Below, in pieces: positions 50,126 to 64,000 of a stretch of 64,000 nt of DNA (within the stretch, counting starts at the first letter, position 1; every line of letters begins with the position of its first letter). This DNA is from Macrostomum lignano (Eukaryota): contig NIVC01000945.1 of the NCBI GenBank assembly GCA_002269645.1, positions 337,792-401,791 on the forward strand, read 5' to 3'. The position numbers and the translations under genes are program-made. The notes beneath the pieces were generated by a model that was not told the DNA's origin, did no database searches, and was given only the letters and a program-made list of their open reading frames with translations.

Positions 50126-52084
50126 CAGCTGACTGACTGCAAACACATAAGGACACCACCTTACCATCCGTAACGTTCTTGTGGAGTATTTTGTCCTCAT
50201 TGTGGAGTCAATTGTGGCCGTATGCCTCGGATGAACTACTGGGAGACACTTCGTTAGAAGAAGAAAGGTGCTGTGGGTTGATTACAACAGAACCCTCTTT
50301 GGTCGAGTTCCGCCATAGCTACAGATACGGCTATGGGAAGTTACAGATACGGAGGTTTTTAGGTAGAACATGTGGATACGGATATGGTCACAAGAACACA
50401 TTTTTCATATCAAAAGTTCCCGTATCTAGTAATATAGGCCACTCAAAACCCGAGACTTAAAAAGACAATTGGAGACCTTGATCTCATGGGTGGAGGGGCT
50501 AGACCAATAGAAATGAATCAACTATGGCCAGTTTTAAAGCTGTGTTCAGTTCCAGTTCGGTTCGAGACAGTGTTTGGTGAGCTTATGCTAAAGTAGACAA
50601 ATCGAGGCTTACTTGAAAATAAAGAGATTTGCAAGAAATTATGAAAATAAAGACCTTTGAACCCAATCCGTACCAATTTTTTCCTTATAGTTAATTTATC
50701 CGATGAAGGCTACAATTATCGGCACTAGAAACCGAACAAAAGACTCCGGCGATGATGACTCGAAAAATAAACAAAGAAAAAACTAATAAACAAAGCTGTT
50801 CATTTGAATGAATTGCATATTGCAATGACGCAATGAAACGAACAGATGACGATGACCAATGACATATACTTAAAGCTTTTCAGAAGCTAATATCAATTTG
50901 GGCGAGTGTTATTATTAGACAAACTACCTAGTGTATAATAGTAGTAATTCACTGGGTGCGCGCACCTGTTGTTAGCACAGTAAAATACACAAAAGTTAAA
51001 TTCGTCAAGCCCCGGGCTTAAGTAGGCAGAAATTTTTCAAGTCCTAACTTGTCAAAATAATATTTTTTCTTTCAGAATAAACATAGTTTTGAATGGTGCA
51101 CAATAGAATCAGTTGTGTAACTTGCAGCCATAAAAACAAAACTGTTATAAATGACAAGCCATACGAAGAGTTTTTAATTAGCATATAGAACAATAATTAT
51201 GATTAAGAAAATAAATCTGCAAAATTATAACAAAAAACTATAAACTACGTGTATATTATACTGCGCTAAACGCTAGTTTTATCATTTCTGAGGATCAACT
51301 ACTAGAAGTAGTAGGACTGGACAGACACTTTAGTTCCTTGGAAAATTATGAGGGCTATTCACTTCTTATTGACTTAGGAACTTCTAGAGGATTCTGTTAT
51401 AAAAAACAGATTATAACATCAATAGCAGTGCAGTTGTATCTCTGATCTTTTTGCTACAGAATAAAATTACTAAAAAATAATTTTCTATTAAAACGACCAG
51501 AAAATAGCGACAAACTACTACAAGTAATACTAACTGAAGGAATATTAATCAATAAGAATATATGAATGATAGACAAATCTTTGAAACATATTTTAATATA
51601 GTTAGAAATAGGATTATTAAGAGGGGTGCAGAAACGACTATAAAAGCAAGAGTGCAAAAACAGGAAACACCAATGAAACACCTCATTAACAAAATAAAAT
51701 TAACGATCTTTTTAAAAAAATCTGCGACACTAAGTAGACATACTTTACGTAACTTACAGTGTAGCGTTTATTCAGTTAATTCAACGGAAGATTTTTATGT
51801 TTCATAGACTTCTGAATTCAATAACAACTGACTCGTTTTGTTAAGCCAAGCACCTTTAAAGGAAAGTGCAGTAAGCAAGTGAAGCAACTTAAGAACGACA
51901 ATAGTAATCAGTTCAGTATGCTTAGGCATGATAAATTATGAGATGATGTAAAATAAACTGGGTCAGAGAGAAATTATGAAAGATATAATATTAAAACGTC
52001 TGGGTCAACAGTGCGGTTTAACAGTCGTTGAAAACTGGTACTAATAAGATTACGTTTTTCACGTGATTTGTTTCAAACCGTTAG

Positions 52085-52205
52085 CTAATCAACCACGTCA
52101 TTTAGTTGAAAATCGCTAGCCAATCAGAATCAACCACGTTATTTAGTTGAAAATCGCTAGCCAATCAAAATTAACCACGTCATTTTAATTAAAAATTGCT
52201 AGTCA
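52085..52205. repeat. About 45-bp tandem triplication (AATCAACCACGTCATTTAGTTGAAAATCGCTAGCC...)
   Basis: Three diverged copies in the probable USF 3' UTR. Confidence 0.75.
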
Positions 52206-52434
52206 ATTACAAGAATAGAATCTAGAGCCAATTAGCGCAGTCTTACACTATTAATACGAAGTATATAAGACAACTAATTTTCTTTAAACAACTGGACCTT
52301 TTTATTAAGCAGCAGACCCCACAGCATCCCTCAGAAAGAAGATAATTTCACGCACAAAAACCAGGCACAATATTGTTACTGACTTAGCAACCAAAGAAGG
52401 CAACCAGCAAAAAGTAGTTAAGCTTGGCTATAGC

Positions 52435-53391
52435 CTAAGCATCATCATCATCGTTACAGCACTTGAAATTTTTGCAAATAACGCTTTCAGACTTGGACGG
52501 GTCTTCGTCGAACTGGGCGGCTGTCCTAGTCCCAGCCTCCGACTCTTCATCTTCGAAGTCGACTTTAAAATTCGCCGACAACAAACAAGCGGCAGGAGCA
52601 GCATCATCAACAGTTGCTAAGCCTAACTGTTGGCGAAGTTGGGCATTCTCTTTTCGCAAATTGCTCGACTTGGACTCCAACTGGTCTAATCGAGCTCTCA
52701 AACAGTCTCGCTCGCTAGTCAACCTATCGCCCTCGCGTCTGACTTTATCGAAATAGACAACAGCTCGATCTAGTACAGCGCTTTTAGGCGCGCAACAGTT
52801 AGTTGAGGCCCCATTGGAGGTGCCACTGCCAGCCATTTGGCCATTGCTGATTGGCGGCATCAGCTCGGCTAGTTGGCCAATCAGAGCATTGATTTTATCT
52901 CGACGTCGACGTTCAACTTCGTTGTGACTTAGTCGACGATCTACTGCCGCCGCGACTGCGGCTGAAGTAGTCGAGGATGGCGCCAGGAAGGAACGACTAA
53001 CAGTGGTGGCGGCGGTGCTGGCCGTGGCGGCAGCCATTGTTGCTAAGCTGACCGGCGTGGCTAGAGTTTTGCGAGCTCGTTTAACACTAGACTTGGGCGT
53101 GGGTGCAGCCTCTAATGGAGGCGGAGGCGGCGCAGGAAGTTGAGCAAATGACGATGCTTGCTGCTGCTGCTGCTGCTGCTGAGGCAAAATCACAACATAG
53201 ATATCGCCATCAGCTCCTTGCACTAATTGGCCAGTGGTAAGCAAGCTGGTATGACGCCGCTGACCAACAGGATTGAATGGCAATGCTGGCATTGCTGTTG
53301 CCGATCCTGATGGCAAACTGAGGTTGCTGCCGCCACTGCTGCCACCAATAAAAGCCTGCTCTTGCTGCATTAGATTTTTTATCGAAATCAT
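52435..53391 (-). CDS. USF: USF-like bHLH-leucine-zipper transcription factor, 318 aa, single coding exon
   Basis: Basic region RRLSHNEVERRRRDKINALIGQLAELMP, helix 2 KSAVLDRAVVY, leucine zipper (LRARLDQLESKSSNLRKENAQLRQQL), and a possible USR-like GDIYVVILP segment. Uninterrupted ORF. Confidence 0.85.
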   Translation of the reverse strand: MISIKNLMQQEQAFIGGSSGGSNLSLPSGSATAMPALPFNPVGQRRHTSLLTTGQLVQGADGDIYVVILPQQQQQQQQASSFAQLPAPPPPPLEAAPTPKSSVKRARKTLATPVSLATMAAATASTAATTVSRSFLAPSSTTSAAVAAAVDRRLSHNEVERRRRDKINALIGQLAELMPPISNGQMAGSGTSNGASTNCCAPKSAVLDRAVVYFDKVRREGDRLTSERDCLRARLDQLESKSSNLRKENAQLRQQLGLATVDDAAPAACLLSANFKVDFEDEESEAGTRTAAQFDEDPSKSESVICKNFKCCNDDDDA

Positions 53392-55218
53392 TGTTGATTT
53401 ATGGTAAATTGATCGACTTGAAACATATAGACCTTATCATTTTTAGTATATAGAATGAGTATTTTTAGTATCTAGATATTTAGATATCTTTAGAGTCTAT
53501 TTAGATATCTCTATCTATCTGTCATCTGTCATCTCGAGATCAATCAGTTGATTGTGAGGTCATGCAGTCAATCTTGAATATTAAAAAATATTAAGCATCT
53601 GTTATAAAAAAATTAAAACTATTTATATATAGTTTATATAATATATAATATACTTTTAGAAACTTTTAGACCTTATCATTTTTAGGAGATGACATATAAT
53701 CATAGTCTTTGTAATCATATATATATATATATCTAGATATCTATCTATCTATCTGTCATCTATCTATCTATTAACTGATTGATCTCGAGTAATTAATTGA
53801 TTTCATGATCAATTAACTGACTTCATGAGCAATTAAATTCTTTTGTAAACAATATAATATTTATTTATTGGCTATTTAAGTGTAATTTTTATGCTATTTA
53901 ATAACTATATAAAAGCTTAAAAAATTAATATTAAATAAATAATAATTGATTATACATATCCCAATGGCCAGATGGGCAATCAATGGCTTAGCTATTATGC
54001 AGTGTATCTAAAGGCTATATATGGCTTTTCAGTCCAAAGACTAGCTGGTTGGCACTCAGCCTCAATTATACTAGCTAATGCTAATACCAATTTTATAGTT
54101 GGATGAACTAAACTTAAAGCAATGCAAAGTTAAGTGCTTGCTCAAGGATACAAATTATTCTAATATTGATTAGGAATTCAATCTCCAACCTTCAATTGTA
54201 AGTCCAATGCTCTAATCATTAGGCTATAACCCTTGCTTGTTAGGCTTGGAAATTAACAAATAAGAATAGTATTATATATACATATTAATTGATCTTATAT
54301 AATAAAATATTGGCTAATAATAATACAAATAATAATAATATTATTAGGCCTAACTTAAAACCTTGGATTATTGTCTAGGCCCCTAAATATTGAAAAATTA
54401 TAATTAAGCAAGTCAATTTAATTATATTTTATAATTTGATATAAATAAAATCTCTTTATTTAATTTAAAATGGGCTAAAGCTTTGACTAAACATCTAATT
54501 TTGATGGTTTTACTTTGAAGTTTAGGCTTTGATAAGATATTTGATTGATAAATATGGGTGCCAATTGTTTTGGTTGTTTACAATATAGCTAGGCCTATAT
54601 TAAAATGTGTATATATAGCTCCAACTCTATAAGTAAGATAGATTAATTTAATACTAAATAAATAATAATCATGTAATATAATATAGTCTATAGGGTCCAA
54701 GGGCAAGGCTCACCCTAAAGCAAAACATAAGATAATAATAATAAGGAAAGGGTTTTATAGGTTTAGATTATATTATATATTTCACTTTAGTCATTAATCA
54801 GAATTTTATTAGATATACCTGGCTAACATAGTATTATAGCTTAGGCCTATGCAACTATGGCTGTGGCTCTGGAAATTAGTCTATAAAAAAGCTAGGCCTA
54901 GCTAACAACAAAGAATTTTTAACAAGCCCTTAGGCCTTACAGCCTTCTTAAGTTTAGTGGTTGCCTAACTAAAGTTGTCGAAATAATTATCCCAGGCATA
55001 GTGGTAAAAATAAATAAAATTAGACCAAAAAGCTAAATAGGTCTAGCAATCAGTAAACATAATGTGGAGCCAAATTTAGCGAATAGACTTCTTTTCATAA
55101 ATGCTTTTGTGAAAAATTCACGACAATATCTGATACTTAGCTAAATTGAAAAATTTGAAAATTCAGTTCATGTGTACTTTAATTAGGAACGTATATTTTA
55201 GATTATTATTACTTCCAG

Positions 55219-55352
55219 GCACAGACCAATAAGTGTAACTTTATACTTATCTTAGTATAACTTATATCTTATATCTTAGTACCAATAAGTATAAATTTAT
55301 ACTTATTATACTTATACTTATCTTAGTATAAGTTATACTTAATTGGTCTGTG
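55219..55352. mobile_element. Short palindromic MITE-like element
   Basis: GCACAGACCAATAAGTGTAACT ... AGTTATACTTAATTGGTCTGTGC with a TATACTT-repeat interior. Confidence 0.65.
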
Positions 55353-55913
55353 CTTCCCAGGCTAGTTCGGAAACAAAAAACAGAAATCTTCTAAAAAAGC
55401 AATACATTTGTATAACGCTATCTTATAACAAAGCTGCTCTTCGGTAAGGGATTTACACTTAGTTATTTATTTTAGGAAGGCTTGATGCAAGTTTAAAACT
55501 TTACAAACTTTGTTTAACTATGAGAAGGCGATAATCGAAATGTTTAGTGGTCGAATTTCTAAAAGTCTTCGTGTTTCACGTAACAAACATTCGCCGACAC
55601 TTATACAGAATATTGTTGTTCACCATACCACTTCAACTGACCCAACACGTGGATAGTATCATAGTATAGTGAATACTCGTACCTATACCGATTAAATTAA
55701 AGATATTTGATCTATAGTATTTAAAAGAAGAATAAACAGTTATGCCTTTCCAACTTCCAAGTTCTAATCGATTCCAATCGGAATGATTTTCATTTCCAAG
55801 TTCTACGAGATTGATGCCAACAGTTTAAAAATGATAAGTGATATGTACAGTTTTAAATGATTCAACACTGCTGGTCGATCCAGTAATGGGATCCGATAAA
55901 GAAAATCGGCCAC

Positions 55914-61807
<5,894 letters not shown>

Positions 61808-62007
61808 AAAATCGGCCACGCTTCCATTTTGAGACCCTTAGGCTTTATAGATAGACCAAGAAATTACACGACGTCTAACTCCAGTTGTTTTCTAATAATA
61901 CGAGAACTTGTTGGCAAAGCAATTAGATTCTAGTTCACAACGATTCATCCCACTTGAGTCGTATTTCTCACGAAAAATCAAACTCTGCTTGTTGCTTGTA
62001 AGCAACT

Positions 62008-62251
62008 ACACACCTTTTCACGTTCAATTTTGATCAAAGTCCAGTTCTAAAAAAACTAGCGGAAATTCAATTCAGACAATTCAGGCAACGCTTACGGAAA
62101 ATCAATAAAACAAACCCCAGCTCAAAACATTCTGTCCATTTTGCCACTGAAGCAAGGTTTAGCCACAGACAAAATGTCCCCAGTCTGAATTGACTTTCCG
62201 CTAGTTTTTTTAGAACTGTGGACTCTGATCAAAATTGAACGTGAAAATGTG
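62008..62251. mobile_element. TA-flanked MITE with about 65-bp TIRs
   Basis: TTTTCACGTTCAATTTTGATC..AGTTCTAAAAAAACTAGCGGAAA..ATTCAGAC and its reverse complement at 62183-62250. Confidence 0.78.
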
Positions 62252-63034
62252 TACTTTAAGTAGTCTATAACCCAGTTTTAAGTGAAATTTCAAGCAGAAT
62301 TGCTCGGGAAATTGACGTCTGTGTTTTTCACAAGCTGGACTCACTTATTTATCCAGTTAGCGTTAAAATAGTACATTTCAATGGAAACTATTTGACACTA
62401 TTGGAATTTACTTAATTATTATTTATTAGTGAAAGCGGAATTTTATCTACAATTAAGATATTTGTTGAAATTATACTACCGCTCGTAAATAAAACCACTT
62501 GAACCGCGACAATCAAAGAAATACTTAGTCAATTGTAGTCAATTACAAATAACTCCTGTAGAAAATAGCGTGCTCGAAAGGACTATTTTTAATTTAAACT
62601 TTTATTAGAGTAGTCCCTGGCCGGGCGTGCCAGCGAGTTTGCAAAAAGAGTAATCATGTGTAATTACCAAGGGCAAATCTATCATCAATTTGAGTCGATA
62701 AAAACTATCTGATTCATGGTCAGTTCATAATTCTTCATTCGTTCTATCAGCTTCTTTATTGTTTTGAGCTTAGAATCGAAATTATTGATGCCCATAGCAG
62801 GTAGCAGCGCATGTACTCGTAGCTAGACAATTTTAGAAGCAATAACTTAGAGCTCTGTGTTGTTTATCACTTTTTGTCCGGCTCTGCTCAGTCTGGAAAT
62901 TGATTTTTGAAGATTGATTTAAAAAGGGGAAATGGAAAGCCGCGGAAGACACAATATCAGAAAAAATTTCTTTAGTAGTCTGGAGTCAAACAGTACACAA
63001 TATCCCAACACGCTTACATCCCTTACTTTTACAG

Positions 63035-63905
63035 CTGACAACCCCTTCAGCTGACAACCATCACAACCAAAACCCAACAGCTGAACTCATAGCAACCATC
63101 TCAATCGACAACTCATTAGCCCGACAATCTCAACCGACAAACTCATTAGCCGACAACCATCTCAACCGACAACTCATTCCGAACACCATCTCAACCGACA
63201 ACTCATTAGCCGACAACATCTCAACGACAACTCATCAGCGGACAACACATCTCATCGACAACAACTCATCAGCCGACAACCATCTCAACCGACAACTCAT
63301 CAGCGGACACATCTCAATCGACAACTCATCAGCCGAAAACCATCTCAACCGACAACTCATTAGCCGACAACCATCTCAACCGACAACTTATTAGCCGACA
63401 AATCTCAACCGACAACTTATTAGCCGACAACCATCTCAACCGACAACTCATCAGCCGACAACATCTCAACCGACAACTCATCAGCCGACAACCATCTCAA
63501 CCGACAACTTATTAGCCGACAACCATCTCAACCGACAAACTTATTAGCCGACAACCATCTCAATCGACAACTCATCAGCCGACAACACATCTCAACCGAC
63601 AACTCATCAGCCGACAACCATCTCAACGACAACTCATTAGCCGACAACCATCTCAACCGACAACTCATCAGCCGACAACCATCTCAAAACCGACAACTCA
63701 TTAGCCGACAACCATCAACCGACAACTTATTAGCCGACAACCATCTCAATCGACAACTCATCAGCCGACAACCCCATTCAGCTGACTGGCAACCATCTTA
63801 ACCGACAACCATCTCAACCGACAACCCATCCGCTGACTGCAACATCTTAACCGAACAACCCTTCACGCCGACAACATCTCAACCGACAAGCCCCATCAGC
63901 TGGCA
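63035..63905. repeat. About 31-bp minisatellite (AACCATCTCAACCGACAACTCATCAGCCGAC)
   Basis: About 27 copies with an internal CCGACAAC dimer structure and many 1-nt indels. Confidence 0.92.
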
Positions 63906-64000
63906 AACCTTTGAGCCATAAACCATGAAAAAGTATCAAAGACCTAAAGTGTTAAATATGCATGGATAAATATTCAAAAATAATTTATTACTCCGATGCA

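Overview
Repeat-rich animal (metazoan) genomic DNA with spliceosomal introns. Poly-Q-rich genes, dense minisatellites and MITEs suggest a flatworm such as Macrostomum, but that is inference only. Four host genes can be reconstructed by hand with consistent splice phases. (1) The 5' part of a COE/EBF (collier) gene on the minus strand, about 7516 to 5324, running off the left edge. (2) A complete 4-coding-exon SRSF10/12-like SR splicing-factor gene (minus, 30479 to 25792, 230 aa) whose intron 2 is a U12-type AT-AC minor intron. (3) A complete 12-exon cut/CUX homeobox gene (plus, 39675 to 48163, about 1029 aa, three CUT repeats plus homeodomain). (4) A single-coding-exon USF-like bHLH-ZIP gene (minus, 53391 to 52435). 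The rest is mobile DNA: two THAP/P-element-family deletion derivatives, a full-length LOA-like LINE with a 12-bp TSD, Gypsy and RTE remnants, several hAT-type and TA-flanked MITEs, foldback palindromes and more than 12 tandem arrays. The strongest lead is the SRSF10 minor intron. One ATATCCTTT donor faces two AC acceptors 68 nt apart: the one with the perfect U12 branch point gives a frameshift and premature stop, while the one that restores the RRM has only a weak branch point. This looks like a candidate minor-spliceosome-sensing unproductive-splicing switch in an invertebrate. No tRNA, rRNA or CRISPR features were found.
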